From Okamejei kenojei (Eukaryota): DNA of 64,000 bases. Below are positions 24,721 through 38,320 of this stretch, piece by piece. The notes under the pieces were generated by a model that was not told where the DNA came from, made no database searches, and saw only the letters and a program-made list of their open reading frames with translations. How positions within the stretch are numbered: the first letter of the stretch is position 1; each line of letters opens with the position of its first letter. The translations under genes and the position numbers were made by a program. The DNA is taken from assembly GCA_035221665.1 (NCBI GenBank), contig CM069132.1:141112001-141176000 (forward strand), given 5' to 3'.

Positions 24721-25419
24721 GAGCCATAGGTTGGGTAGATAATCAGAACCTTTTTCCCAGGGTAGAAATGTCCGACATAAAAGGGCAGAGCTACAAGGTG
24801 AAAGGGGGAAATTTTAATTGAAATGTGCAGGACGTTTTTTTTTACACAGAGAGTGGTCAAGGCTTTGAATACACTGAAGTGCAGGGAATACAGGGATATG
24901 GATATGGTTTAGTTTAGTTTATTGTCACGTGTACCAAGGTACAGTGAAAAGCTTTCGTTGCGAGCTATCCAGTCAGCAGAAAGACAATACATGCTTACAA
25001 TCAAGCCATTTACAGTGTATATATACACATGATAAGGGAATAACGTTTAGAGCAAGGTAAAGCCAGCCAAGTCCAAACAAGGAAACATTGTGGGCTGAAG
25101 GACCCTCTCCTGTGTTGTGCTGTTCTATGTTCTAAGTGAAGTATATGTCAGGCTAGGCATTCATAATGCCATTGGATATCAGTACTATTTATTATTATTC
25201 ATAACTTGCTGCCATCATTTTCTAAAATAGGTATTAGAGATAAAAATGACAAACAAATATTACTGTTGGTGTTGAAGTCTGGAAAAAAAAAAATCCCAAG
25301 TACTGTAAGATTGTAACTGTACAAGTTGCATCTGTGCAAAGGGAAACCAATTAATGTTTCAGATCGAAGAATCCAGTGCTGATGAAGGGTTTTCAATCTG
25401 AAATGTTGACATTTGAGTT

Positions 25420-25935
25420 CAGAGATACAGTGTGGAAACAGGCCCTTTTGGGCACACTAATTCTGTGCCGACCATCGATCACCCAAACACTAGTTCTATC
25501 CCACAAGGGACAATTACTCTACTCAGCAGCCAAAAATCTGTAGCCTCCCTATGATCTGGTATTTTGTTGGTTCACATGCTTCATCAATGGTGTTTTATCA
25601 TTAATGTTTTATTATTATTAATGTTCAGTGTTTTCTGAGTCATTCGTAACTGACACTGTATGTCATGTGTGTTACTTGTGGGCAGAGCACCAAGGCAAAT
25701 TCCTTGTATGTGAATACTTGGCCAATAAACTACTTACATACTTACTGAAGCCAATTGATCTAAACACCTGCACGTTTTTGGAATGTGGGAAGAAACCGGA
25801 CCAACTGGTGAAAACCCACGTGGTCACACGGAGAATGTACAAACTCTGTATAGACAACACTTGTAATCAGAATCGAACCCAGGTCCCTGGCGCTGTAAGA
25901 CCGCAACTCTACTGCTGCCTCACCGTGCCGCCCCA
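25420..25935 (-). mobile_element. V-SINE interrupted by a LINE tail
   Basis: Head at 25750-25935, tail at 25420-25515. Confidence 0.78.
25520..25747 (+). mobile_element. Rex1-type LINE 3' tail nested within a V-SINE
   Basis: Ends in GCACCAAGGCAAATTCCTTGTATGTGAATACTTGGCCAATAAA plus (ACTT)n-like repeats; SINE sequence resumes on both sides. Confidence 0.6.
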
Positions 25936-26319
25936 TAAACCATCTCTTTCCACAGATGCGGCATGAGTGGATGAGTTCTTCTAGAATTTTCTTTTATTGT
26001 TGCTCAAAAGGACTACATAAATTGGTTTACTTACCACCAGTGTCAGCATTGCAATGCAGGGCAGCTACCTTGCAAGATGAACTTAAGCCTCCCTTGCAAC
26101 AGCAGAAATAATTCAATCATAGACAAAAGTTGGAAATTGAATTTTACCTTGTGGTCTTCTGATAGTCAGACTGATCCCCTCACTTCACCAGAATAGTCCG
26201 AATGATATTCACTTTGGCTGAGGCCGAAAAAACCATTGACAAAGTCGCTGTGTCTGCTTCATGGATTTCAATCATTTTCAAACTAGCAGCTGGGACAAGT
26301 ATAATTTTGTTTAGGAATC

Positions 26320-27065
26320 ATAGAATCATAGAAAATAGGTGCAGGAGTAGGCCCTTCGGCCCTTCGAGCCTGCACCGAATACTATACATAAATACAATCG
26401 TCAAACTCAATAGATAATGGACAATAGGTGCAGGAGTAGGCCATTCGGCCCTTCGAGCCTGCACCGCCATTCAATATGATCATGGCTGATCATCCAACTC
26501 AGTATCCTGTACCTGCCTTCTCTCCATACCCCCTGATCCCTTTAGCCATAAGGGCCACATCTAACTCCCTCTTAAATATAGCCAAAGAACTGGCCTCAAC
26601 TACCTTCTGTGGCAGAGAATTCCACAGACTCACCACTCTCTGTGTGAAAAAAGATCTTCTCATCTCGGTCCTAAAAGACTTCCCCCCTATCCTTAAATTG
26701 TGACCCCTTGTTCTGGAGTTCCCCAACAACGGGAACAATCTTCCTGCATCTAGCCTGTCCAACCCCTTAAGAATTTTGTAAGCCTCTATAAGATCCCCCC
26801 TCAATCTCCTAAATTCCAGCGAGTACAAGCCAAGTCTATCCAGTCTTTCTTCATATGGAAGTCCTGCCATCCCAGGAATCAGTCTGGTGAACCTTCTCTG
26901 TACTCCCTCTATGGCAAGAATGTCTTTCCTCAGATTAGGAGACCAATACTGTACGCAATACTCCAGTTGTGGCCTCACCAAGACCCTGTACAACTGCAGT
27001 AGAACCTCCCTGCTCTTGTACTCAAATCCTTTTGCTATGAATGGCAACATACCATTAGCTTTCTG
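26320..27065 (-). mobile_element. CR1 LINE 3' fragment
   Basis: ORF 26499-27050 (LVRPQLEYCVQYWSP..RRLRGDLIE..FFTQRVVSLWNSLP) plus the 3' tail. Confidence 0.93.
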
Positions 27066-27115
27066 GTAGGCTGCTTTTTCTGGCTAATTTGTATGCTTCA
27101 TCTTTAGTTTTGATA

Positions 27116-27831
27116 CTATCCCTGATTTCCCTTGTTATCCACTACCTTCCCTGATTTATTTTTTTGCCAAACTGGGATGAACAACTGTTGTAGTTCATCC
27201 ATGCAGTCTTTAAATGCCTTCCATTGCATATCCACCGTCAACCCTTTAAGAATCACTTGCCAGTCTATTTTGGCCAATTCACGTCTCATATCCACAAAGT
27301 TACCTTTCTTTAAGTTCAGAACCCTTGTTTCTGAATTAACAACGTCACTCTCCATGCTAATGAAGAACTCAACCATATTATAATCACTCTTGCCCAAGGG
27401 GCCACGCACAATAAGACTGCTAACTAACCCTTCCTCATTACTCAGTACCCAGTCCAGAATAGCCTGCTTTCTTGTTGGTTCCTCTACATGTTTGTTTAGA
27501 AAACTATCCCACATACATTGCAAGAAATCCTCTTCCTCAGCACCCCTGCCAATTTGATTCACCCAATCTATATGTAGATCGAAGTCACCCATTATTACTG
27601 TTTTACCCTTGTTGCATGCATTTCTAATTTCATGTTTGATGCCATCCCCAACTCCACTACTACTGTTAGGTGGCCTGTACACAACTCCCAGTAGCGTTTT
27701 CTGCCCCTTAGTGTTTCGCAGCTCTACCCATATCGATTCCACATCCTCCAAGCTAATGTCCTTCCTTTCTATTGCGTTAACCTCTCTAACCAGCAACGCT
27801 ACTCCACCTCCATTTCCTTTCTGTCTATCCC
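27116..27831 (-). mobile_element. CR1 ORF2 AP-endonuclease fragment
   Basis: RDRQKGNGGGVALLV, ESIWVEL, GVVYRPP, IMGDFD, PTR..AILDWVL, LGKSDYN. Confidence 0.92.
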
Positions 27832-29188
27832 TAGGAACAGGCCCTTCGGCCAACCGAGTCCAGGCCAACCGTCAATCACCCGTTCATATTAGTTCTATGT
27901 TAGCCCAGTTTCCCATCCACTCCCTACACAATAGGGGCAATTTACAGAAACCAATTAACCTACAAACCCACCCGTCTTTGAGGTGTGGGAGGAAAGCGGA
28001 GCACCCAAAGGAAACCCACATAGAGTCATAGAGTGATACAGTGTGGAAACAGGCCCTTCGGCCCATCTTGCCCACACCGGCCAATAATGTCCCTGCTATA
28101 GTCCCACTTGCCTGCGCTTGGTCACAGCCACCAGGCTATTAAACTTGGTTCAGACAAAACTGTGAACATGACCAGCCCTCTGTTTCCGAATAGCCCAATG
28201 TTTTCTCGTTATCTTGTTTCCCTCAATGTACATAAAATCTCTGGATTTTCCTTCATATTATCTGTTCTACCCCCTTTTCGCACTCCTGTGATGACAAAAT
28301 GGAAAGCCTTGCAGAGATGGTGTGGGAGATTTGGATATAATTCTCAGTGGTGTTTCAGGCCTTTTTCTGTCGCACGTGATTAGAAACAGTTTCAGGAACA
28401 CTGACACCTGAAATTTAGGAAAAGCATTCTCACTCACTGCGAATTAAACAGAGAGAGAGAATTCTAAACTCCAATATGCTCCAACGTTCTAGGTGAGAGG
28501 CTGAAATGTCATGGCATAATATTGAACAGAAAGGGTTCAAAGGTATGATGGACAAATGGGATCAGCTGAGAATACCAACCTGGTCAAGGTGGGCCAAGGG
28601 GACTGTTTCCATGCAGTGTAGCTCCATGGCTCCCTGAACTCCAGTGTCCCACCAAATTTTAATCTTTCAAATAAAGTCTCTAAACTATATTGCCCGGATA
28701 AACAACCTTCGCTGCTTGCCTGCTCCAGAATTCACACTCCTGATAAGAGTTATTTACAAAGCAAGCTAGTTTATAGACTCATGATATCTACAGTATGTCA
28801 CTTTTAATCCATAGTGAACAAGAGTCATACAACGTGGAAACAGGCCCAACTTGCCCACACTGACCAACATGTCCCATCTAAACTAATCCCAACTCCCTGC
28901 ATTTGGCCCATATCCCTCTAACCCTGTGCTATCCATGGACTAAACGATTACGTCCATATCCCTCTAACCCCATGAAAATATAATAAAGGCACATAAACTG
29001 TTTGGGATTTTTGGCAAGGGTGGAAACAACTTTTATTTCCTATCAAGGTGTGCTGTTGGTGTAGCAAGAATTCTTATGAAGGTCAGTTTGATATTAAATT
29101 CTATGGGCTGAAGGGAAAATAGTCTTAGAAAGGGGGAAGAACAATTAAAAAAAATATTCTTTAGCACAGATTCCTCAATCCCAACAAT

Positions 29189-29426
29189 AATTTAAAAAAG
29201 ACACAAAGTGCTGGAGCAACTCAGCGGGTCAGGTAGCAAACCGAGGCAGCATGGATAGATGGTGTTTTGGACTGGAACCTTCTTCAGACTGTCTAAGGAA
29301 GGATCCCAACCCAAAACGTCATCTATCCGTGTTCTCTAAGGATGCTGCCTGACCCGCTGAGTTACTCCAGCACTATGTGTCTATTTTTGTAGACCAGCAT
29401 CTGTATTTTCTTGTTTTCATATTAAG
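29189..29426. mobile_element. Fold-back Penelope-derived unit (older)
   Basis: Inverted arms; flanking direct repeat atcccaacaat at 29178-29188 and 29427-29437. Confidence 0.75.
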
Positions 29427-29724
29427 ATCCCAACAATCATGTGCTATGTTTGAAATTGGCAGAAGCTGCTGCCCCAACTAGTACAGATCCAAATAAAGCC
29501 TTTCAGAAGATTAGCAGAAATGAGGGCGAGAGGCACCGCTTCACTGGGACTGATTTAACTTTGCCTTTTGGCAAAGTCATCAGCAGCCCACCTGTTCCTT
29601 TTGGAAGGTTACAAACCTCACCGCTTTATGCCTCGATGAAGATTTATGAACAGTCCTTAAATTAGGTGTTACAGCAACAACAGAAAACCACGATACAGCC
29701 ATCAACAGTATCCATCAAAACACT

Positions 29725-29855
29725 GTGTAGGAAGGAACTGCAGATGCTGGTTTACACCGTAGAGACAAAATGCTGGAGTAATTCAGCAGGTCAGGCAGCA
29801 TCCCTGGAGAAATAAGGAATAGGTAAAGGTTTCAGGGCGAGACCCTTCTTCAGAC
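29725..29855 (-). mobile_element. Penelope-derived unit
   Basis: gtgtaggaaggaactgcagatgctgg..gagacccttcttcagac family match. Confidence 0.72.
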
Positions 29856-29907
29856 ACTTCTTTCCAAACACACATAAATAAGGGGAACTATGACAGCTAG
29901 AGGAGGT

Positions 29908-30152
29908 GAGGAGGAACTTCTTTAGTCAGAGGGTAGTTAATCTGTGGAACTCGTTGCCCCAGAGGGCTGTGGAGGCCAAGTCAGTGGACATTTTTAAGGC
30001 AGAAATAGACAAATTCTTGATTAGAACAGTTGTCAAGGATTATGGGGAGAAGGCAGGAAAATGGGATTAGGAGGCAGAGATCAGCCGTGATTGAATGGCG
30101 GAGTGGACTCGATGGGCTGAATGGCCTAATTCTACTCCTAAAACTTGTGAAC
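29908..30152 (+). mobile_element. CR1 3' fragment
   Basis: gaggaggaacttctttagtcagagggtagttaatctgtggaactc..ggcctaattctactcct. Confidence 0.82.
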
Positions 30153-30789
30153 TAGACTGGTGTGAACTAGACTAGTGCTGTAGGAAATCAGCAGGTTAGG
30201 CAGCATCGGTGGAGGGAATGAGGAGACAACGTTTTTGGTCGGAACCCTTCTTCGGGAGTCTTCCCTTTGATAACTTGATGATCTTCATCGCTTAGATACA
30301 GCAGACCAAGTTTCTTTTACGGAAAGGATGGTGTTGTTTGCTAGCAATAGGGTTGCAAATCTTCCGAGATTGAGGAACAGCACCTCATCTTTCAGTTTGT
30401 CCTCTGGACACATTCAGCAACAAAATCAGCAATATTATCTTTGGAGATCTATTTCACATAACAGGTAATGGCAGCTATGATTTTGCTATTCCCATTTAAA
30501 CCATCTCTAGAGAAGCCAATTGTTTCTTTACTTACTCCATTAACATCCCATTTTACATTGCATGATCATCCTTCTGTCATGTGATCTCTCCTGCCTTCCA
30601 CCCTATCTAAGATCTTGCTTTAGTTCATTCCTTCAATGTCTCTTTCCATCTTATAGTTCCTTAAAACCAGTTACCTCTCCAATATTTGCCAGCAACGATG
30701 CAAGTTTAGACTAACTTTGTATCTCTTTTCACAGTTTCTGCTTTTAAATGCTTACAGGATAATTGGTCCAAACAACCTCAAGGTCTCAG

Positions 30790-31780
30790 ACTAATGGAGT
30801 GTGTCAGGGATCGGTTCTGGGCCCATTCCTGTTTGTCATCTATATCAACGATTTGGATGAGAATGTAACAAGCATGATTGGTACGTTTGCTGATTATATT
30901 AAAATTGCTGCTATCGGAGACAGTGAAAATGGTTGTTGAGAATTACAGCAGGATCGTGATCAGCTGGACAAGTGGGCTGAAAAATGGCAAACAAAGTTCA
31001 ATTTAGATAAGTGTGAAGTGTTGCAATTTGGAATGTTAAACCCGGACAGAACCTTCACATTGAATGGTCGGGCCCTGGGGACTGTTGTCGAGCAGAGGGG
31101 TCTAGGTATACGAGTACATAGTTCCCTGAAAGTGGCTTTGCAGGACGATAGGTTGGTGAAGAAGGCTTTTGACATGTTTGCCTTCATCAATCAGGCAATT
31201 GAGTATAGATGGTGAGACATTATGCTACAGTTGTACAAGACTTTGGCGAGACCGCACTTGGGAGTATTATGTTCAATTTTGGCCACCTCCGCTATAGGAA
31301 AGATGCCATTAAACTGGAAAGAGTGCAAAGAAGCTCTATGAGGATGTTAACAGGATTTAAGGACCTCAGTTATATGGAGAGGCAGGGCAGGCTAGGACTT
31401 TTCCTTAGAGTGCAGGAAACAAGAGGTGATCTTACAGGGGTGTATAAAATCATGATGAGAAGGGTTATGGTGAATGCACGGTCTTTATCCCAGGGTAGGG
31501 GAATCAAGATCTAGAGGTTACATGTTTATGGTGAGTGGGGAAATATTTAATAGGAAGTTGAAGGTCACCTTTTCCACACAATGGGTGATGGATACAGAGA
31601 ACAAGTTACCAGAGGTGGTAGTTATGGCAGGTATAATAACAAGATTTAAAAGACATATGAACAGGTACATGGAGCAGCTTAGAGCATATCGGGCAAATGT
31701 GGGCAAATGGGACTAGCTCAGATGGGGCATCTTGGTGGGCATAAAGTTGGCCCGAAGGGCCTGTCTCCACGCGGTATGAT
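30790..31780 (+). mobile_element. Older CR1 RT and 3' fragment
   Basis: Decayed GV.QGSVLGP, FADY, LQQD.DQL.KWAEKWQ, LERVQR motifs with stops and frameshifts. Confidence 0.85.
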
Positions 31781-31798
31781 TAGAAACATAGAAAATAG

Positions 31799-31896
31799 CA
31801 GTCTGAAGAAGGGTCTCGACCCGAAAACGTCGCCTATCTCCTTCGCTCCTTAGATGCTGCTGCACCCGCTGAGTTTCTCCAGCTTTTTGTGTACCC
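31799..31896 (+). mobile_element. Penelope-derived unit with hammerhead-like core, inserted in a CR1 tail
   Basis: CTGAAGAAGGGTCTCGACCCGAAAACGTC from 31803; flanked by tagaaacatagaaa(a/t)tag at 31781-31798 and 31897-31914. Confidence 0.78.
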
Positions 31897-33192
31897 TAGA
31901 AACATAGAAATTAGGTGCAGGAGTAGGCCATTCAGCCCTTCGAGCCTGCACCGCCATTCAATATGATCATGGCTGATCATCCAACTCAGTATCCCGTACC
32001 TGCCTTCTCTCCATACCCTCTGATCCCCTTAGCCACAAGGGCCACATCCAACTCACTCTTAAATATAGCCAATGAACTGGCCTCAACTACCCTCTGTGGC
32101 AGAGAGTTCCAGAGACTCACCACTCTCTGTGTGAAAAAAGTCTTTCTCATCTCGGTCTTAAAGGATTTCCCCCTTATCCTTAAGCTGTGACACCTTGTCC
32201 TGGACTTCCCCAACATCGGGAACAATCTTCCTGCATCTAGCCTGTCCAACCCCTTAAGAATTTTGTAAGTTTCTATAAGATCCCCTCTTAATCTCCTAAA
32301 TTCCAGAGAGTATAAACCGAGTCTATCCAGTCTTTCTTCATAAGACAGTCCTGACATCCCAGGAATCAGTCTGGTGAACCTTCTCTGCACTCCCTCTATG
32401 GCAATAATGTCCTTCCTCAGATTTGGAGACCAAAACTGTACGCAATACTCCAGGTGTGGTCTCACCAAGACCCTGTACAACTGAAGTAGAACCTCCCTGC
32501 TCCTGTACTCAAATCCTTTTGCTATGAAAGCTAACATACCATTTGCTTTTTTCACTGCCTGCTGCACCTGCATGCCTACTTTCAATGACTGGTGTACCAT
32601 GACACCCAGGTCTCGCTGCATCTCCCCTTTTCCTAATCGGCCACCATTTAAATAATAGTCTGCTTTCCTGTTTTTGCCACCAAAGTGGATAACCTCAACA
32701 TTTATCCACATTATACTGCATCTGCCAAACATTTGCCCACTCACCCAGCCTATCCAAGTCACCTTGCAGTCTCCTAGCATCCTCCTCACAGCTAACACTG
32801 CCCCCCAGCTTAGTGTCATCCGCAAACTTGGAGATATTGCCTTCAATTCCCTCATCCAGATCATTAATATATATTGTAAATAGCTGGGGTCCCAGCACTG
32901 AGCCCTGCGGTACCCCACTAGTCACTGCCTGCCATTGTGAAAAGGACCCGTTTTACTCCTACTCTTTGCTTCCTGTTTGCCAGCCAGTTCTCTATCCACA
33001 TCAATACTGAGCCCCTAATACCGTATGCTTTAATTTTGTATACTAATCTCTTATGGGACTGTCGAAAAGCCTTCTGGAAGTCCAGATATACCACATCCAC
33101 TGGTTCTCCCTTATCCACGCTACTAGTTACATCCTCGAAAAATTCCACAAGATTCGTCAGACATGATTTACCTTTCGTAAATCCATGCTGAT
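31897..33192 (-). mobile_element. Young 5'-truncated CR1 (HER1-like) LINE: RT and 3' UTR
   Basis: [55 protein letters not shown]; tail (tttctatg)n. Confidence 0.95.
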
Positions 33193-33479
33193 TCAAGATT
33201 CAAGAGAAACGTTGCACGGGATTTTAAGCATTTGTCATTGCTTTTTCTGGACTATTTTTCCTATTAGTCATAAAAGCTATGGATGAGAAAAACACAATTT
33301 GACTGAAAATCAATTAGGTGATTGAAGTGAGAAGGTTCTCCGACAGAGAGAACAAACCTATCAAACAAGCAATGGTGGGAGCTTGACAGTGGGGACATTG
33401 CTGGTGGATGTTTATGTGATGTAATCTCCCGCAGTATGTCCAACTGGAATTGACAGCTACACTGATCAAGGACCCCATG

Positions 33480-33980
33480 CATTTACAAAGTCTGCTCTTT
33501 GGTGGGAACATGTACTATGAAAGAAACTCAATAACAGACCATATTTATCACTATGGTTGAACTTGCAGCTCTCATACTGGACTATTAAAGTCTCACACCT
33601 CCTTAGCCACCTTTAAGATTGAGCTTAAAAAGTTTCTCATCATGTCCTGAGTTCTGACCTCCAGCTTTTTGTAATGCTATTTATGAGCTCAAACTACTTC
33701 TGTTGACTCTTATCTCATACTATACCTTATTATTTTATTTATTTTCATATTTTTAATTTCATATTTTTAATTTTCATTCTTAAACTGTATTATTGTTTAT
33801 TATTGTCTTTTTTATTTCTCCTACCCCCTGATTTGCCATTAACGCTCATTTTCAGATGGGAGCGGACTTTGTATGAGCCCTCTGGGCTTCCCTTCCTTCC
33901 CAGCACTGTATGGTATTATAAATTGATCGTTTGTCTTCTTTTAAAACATGGTGCAAATAAATAAACAACCAAACAAACTA
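33480..33980 (+). mobile_element. Probable L2/Crack-like LINE 3' end
   Basis: Decayed ..SLATFKIELKKFL-type C-terminus, AT-rich UTR, a gagccctctgggcttc stem-loop and an AATAAA(CAAA)n tail. Confidence 0.45.
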
Positions 33981-34925
33981 TTAATTCAGTGATCAGGCAT
34001 AATAATGTAGGGGAACACCTCTGAATGTCTATATCTCAGAACTGAACACGAATGATGAAAATTATTTCAAGAGCGTGGATTTTTTAAGAACCCAACTGGT
34101 TCACCCGAATCCTTCAGAGATGGAACCAAGCTATCCTCACTCAGGGAGACGATCTGTGGATCCAGTCCCCATGGATGTGGTTCACTCTCAACAGAGTAGC
34201 ACGCAACCTAAATGTATCAAGCTGCCGATGATTTGGAAAGGTCATAAGTGATAGGAGCAGAATTAGGCCATTCAGCCCATCAAGTCTACTCCGTCATTCA
34301 ATCATGGCTGATCTATGTCTCCCTCCTAACTCCATTCTCCTCCCCTCTCCCCATAACCCCTGACAGTTGTATTGATCAAGAATCTATCTATCTCTGCTTT
34401 ATAAAATTCCATTGGCTTGGCCTCCACAGCCTTCTGTGGCAAAGTATTGCACAGATTCACCACACTCTGACTAAAAAGTTCATCATAGACCATAGACCTG
34501 CATAAGAGTAAAGGCAGATCGTCACAAACGGTAAACAGGGAGATGGTTATAAATAATGCATGGAAACAAGGGAAGGGTAATAAATGATGATCATATCAAT
34601 AACAATCAGATCCTAAGTAGCAATAAAGAAAATATAAAGACTAAAATTACATTTTTGGCCATGTCAGTTAATAAAATGAAACAGAAAGGCTTTCAGAGGT
34701 CTGTTGATGGATTTTGCATTAGCTCACTAAATCCACTGATTTATTTTGAAATATGATAGTGGTGCACAGTTTCTCCTACCTCAATAAGCACTTTGTATCA
34801 TTAAGTGGCTTGAAGGGTAAACTCAAGAATATTTTGCCATTTGCTGGTAAAGGCCAAAATTATACAGGGATATAAATGAAAGATTGCAAATAATAGATCC
34901 AGAAAGAAATAATAATGGGGAACTC

Positions 34926-35090
34926 GTGTAGGAAGGAACTGCAGCTGCTGGTTTAAACCAAATATAGACACAAAATGCTAGAGTAACTCAGCGGGACATG
35001 AAGCATCTCTGGAGAGAAGGAATGGGTGACGTTTCCTTCTCTCCAGAGATGCTACCTGTGCCGCCGAGTTACTCCAGCATTTTGTGTCTC
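34926..35090. mobile_element. Fold-back Penelope-derived unit with the central cores deleted
   Basis: Inverted arms joined at gacgttt|ccttctctcc. Confidence 0.72.
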
Positions 35091-35331
35091 AAATAGGGAA
35101 TTCACTCTAACAGGAATAGTCAAGGCGAAGAATAAAAATGCATTTGGGAAAATCTAGAGAAGCATGTGCGGGAGAAAGGAGTAGAAAATAACATTTATCA
35201 AATGGATGAAAAAAAAACCGAGCCAAGTGTAGCGTGCAACATAAAATTCTACACTGCGTATACTGTGAAATTTTACTTATTCTGTTACTAAGAAAGAAAC
35301 AGAGGCTAGGTTATTCTAACCAAACTAACGA

Positions 35332-35650
35332 TGGCACGATGGCGCAGCAGTCGAGTTGCTGCCTTGCAGCCCTCGCGGCGCCGGAGACCCGGATTCGATC
35401 CCGACTACTCGTGCTGTCTGTACGAAGTTTGTACGTTCTCCCCGTAACCTGTGTGGGTTTTCTCTGAGATCTTTGATTTCCTCCCACACTCCAAAGACGT
35501 ACAGGTCTGCAGGTTAATTGGCTTGCTATAAGTGTAAATTGTCCCTAGTGTGTGTAGGGTTGTGTTAATGTGCGGGGATCGCTGGTCGGCGCGGATTCGG
35601 TGGGTCGAAGGGTCTGTTCCCGCGCAGTAACTCTAAATTAAACTAAACTG
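35332..35650 (+). mobile_element. Full-length HE1/V-SINE-like SINE
   Basis: Same architecture as 52764-53084. Confidence 0.87.
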
Positions 35651-36184
35651 AACAAACTCGTCTACAAAAAATCAAATTTTAAAGACTTAAAAAATGAAAT
35701 TTGGTTAAAGCCTGCCTTTGTTTTTTTTTTTAAGGTTGCTAAGATTGACAGCTAGGCAATCTTCACTTGTCTGCCAACAGTTCTGTTGGTGAGCGAGGGG
35801 GAGAGAGGAGATTATTTCTCCCTACTTGAAGACAGTGAATCCATTTTTATAAACTAATTGGCTGTCACACTTCCTGTATTTTATTACCGATTAAACTTCC
35901 ATTCACGTCCCATTGACTATGAAGTGCTTTGGGATGTTCTGACGTCAAGAAAGACACCTTATGAATGTAATCATTATTTTTCTGAGATACCTAGGGCAGA
36001 GAGCATGGGAAGCATTTTCACAGCAACTGTTTATGAAGCTATACAATACACAGCAGCAAAGATTGGGATTAGGGCACTTTGTATGGAGGATAAAGCATAG
36101 ATCACATAGCACGCTTCCTGTTTACAATCCCCTACGCAATTTTTATTTGTGCCTTATTCAATTTAACGCTCATTAAAATGTTAA

Positions 36185-36630
36185 CATTAATGCCTCTACT
36201 TCCTGAGGAGACTGAGGAAATTCGGCATCTCTCCAATGGATCTTACCAACTTTGACAGGTGCACCATAGAAAGCATACTGTTCCCAAACCAACAAGTTTG
36301 GTTTGGGAACAGCTCTGGCCAAGACTGCAAGAAATTGTGGATGTAGCCCAGTCCACTCCATCACACGAATCATTGACTCCTTCTACGCTTTACCCTGCCT
36401 TGGAAAAACATAATCAAAGGCTTGTCCCATCCCAGTCATCCCTTCTTCTCCCTGCTCCCATTTGGCAGAAGGTACTGAAACTTGAAAGCGTGCACCACTG
36501 GAGTCAGTAAAAGATTTGTCCCCTCTGTTATCAGGCTACCTACCCCATTGCAGAACTTGGACTTTCACTTTGGAATTGATGCACTACAATGCTGAGATCT
36601 AAATTATGCACTCTGCATCTACGCTTTGCT
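36185..36630 (+). mobile_element. Rex1/Babar-type LINE 3' fragment
   Basis: LYFLRRLRKFGISP..LTNF.RCTIESIL; HPSHPFFSLLPFGRRY. Confidence 0.8.
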
Positions 36631-36639
36631 TTTAGTTAG

Positions 36640-37205
36640 TCAGTTAGTTTAGTATATTGTCACGTGTACCAAGGTGCAATGTAAAGCTTTTGTTGTGTGC
36701 TAACCAGTCGGTGGAAAGACTATACAATCGAGCCCTCTACAGTGTACAAATACACGATAAAGGGAATAACATTTAGTGCAAGATAAAGTCCAGTAAAGTC
36801 CGACTAAAAGTAGCCCGACAAAGTTAACAATGAGGTAGACTGTGGCTCTCTACTTGTTGATAAGATGATTCAGTTGCCGGGTAACAACTGGGAAGAAACT
36901 GTCCCTGAATGTGGAGGTATGTGTTTTCACACTTCTGTTCATCTTGCTTGATGGGAGAGGGGCGAAGAGGGAGTGACTGTGGTGAGACTCGTCCTTGATT
37001 CTGCTGGTGGCCTTGCCGAGGCAACGTGAAGTGCAAATGGAATAAATGGAAGGGAGGTTGGTTTATGTGATGGTCTGGGCTGCGTCCACAATTCTCTGCA
37101 ATTTCTTGCGGTCTTGGATGGAGCTGTTCCTAAACCATGGTGTGATACATCCCGATAAAATGCTTTCTGCGGTGCATCTGTAGGAGTTGGTAAGAGTTGT
37201 TGGCG
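36640..37205 (-). mobile_element. Rex1/Babar-type LINE 3' fragment, tail-to-tail with the previous copy
   Basis: Same family as 11200-11665. Confidence 0.82.
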
Positions 37206-38320
37206 ACAAGACTGCCTATTGCATTGATTGCATGCATAACTTTGCACTGTAGCTCAGTATATGTGACAATAATAAACCTAAACCAATAATTCACTATTTC
37301 CAATTCCCACGACTTTAATCTTCTTTTACCCCTTTGCATACTTTGTGCCAATTCCTTTCCTCAAAATTCATATTATCATGTATTCAAAACTGAAAAAGGT
37401 TTGCCCAAAATCTACATTTCTGAAGATTCTACAGAAAGATTTAAAAAAAACCTTACCTTGAGCATATAATGATATAGAAAATATACAAGTATTGTATTAA
37501 GAAAGCTTCCATTATCTGTTGGAGCAGAAAGATCTTACAAAAAATAATTTAATTGAACATTTAGTGATATATAGAACATTCATCTGAGGCAAAGGGGAAG
37601 CTGCTGTTATCTGTTGGAGCACAATCTTGAAAAATGTTCAGGCATATTTAATAATGCACTAGAAATTTAACAATGACAGCCTATTCAAAGCAGAAAATAC
37701 ATTCTGACAGAACTTTATACCAAAAAATAGGATTCGAACTGTGATAAAATCTAGTTTAGTGAGAGGAAAGCAGAAAATCGCAATTGCAATAAAAGATAGA
37801 TACTGTAAGCGGGAATGTAGTGTGAACCTGCCATAAGATTTCCTAAATAACTTGCATTGTTACCAGGGCCCTGGCTGATTGAAAGCAGCAGAGCACAGGT
37901 ACCCGTATGCGACTAATAAGCCAGAGTGGCTAGAAAACAAGCGATTACTGAAAAGAACTGACCTGAAATAAAGGATCTAATGGTCCACTGAGAACTCCAT
38001 GAACCTAATGAGCAGTTCCTCTGCACACTATCCCCAATCTTTGATCTCAACACCGTGTTAACTAATTATCACTCATAACTGAATTAGTACGTTGGAAATA
38101 CGGGTCATTGATTAGTCTGCAAATTGCTATTTGGTAAGCAATGCACGGGGATTAGTACAATAAAAAGTCAAATGGAGGAAGTACTCAAGAATCACATACG
38201 AAAGCTTTATCTCTTTACTGACCTGCAGTACAGCAAATACAATGACCAGCTACATACATCCGCTTCCTAGAAAATGCATCAATATTCCTTCTTTCAACAG
38301 GCTCTCCCTTTTGCTTGTAA

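Noticed and set aside
26145-26290. Possible extra minus-strand exon (cccag|CTGC..CAAG|gtaaaa)
   Set aside because: All three frames contain stop codons and there is no similarity to CTNND2 that I can recognise.
26476-26703. Recurrent short ORFs beginning MIMADHPTQYPVPAFSPYPLIP (also at 31963, 47749 and 19228)
   Set aside because: They are antisense translations of the CR1 3' end, not a gene family.
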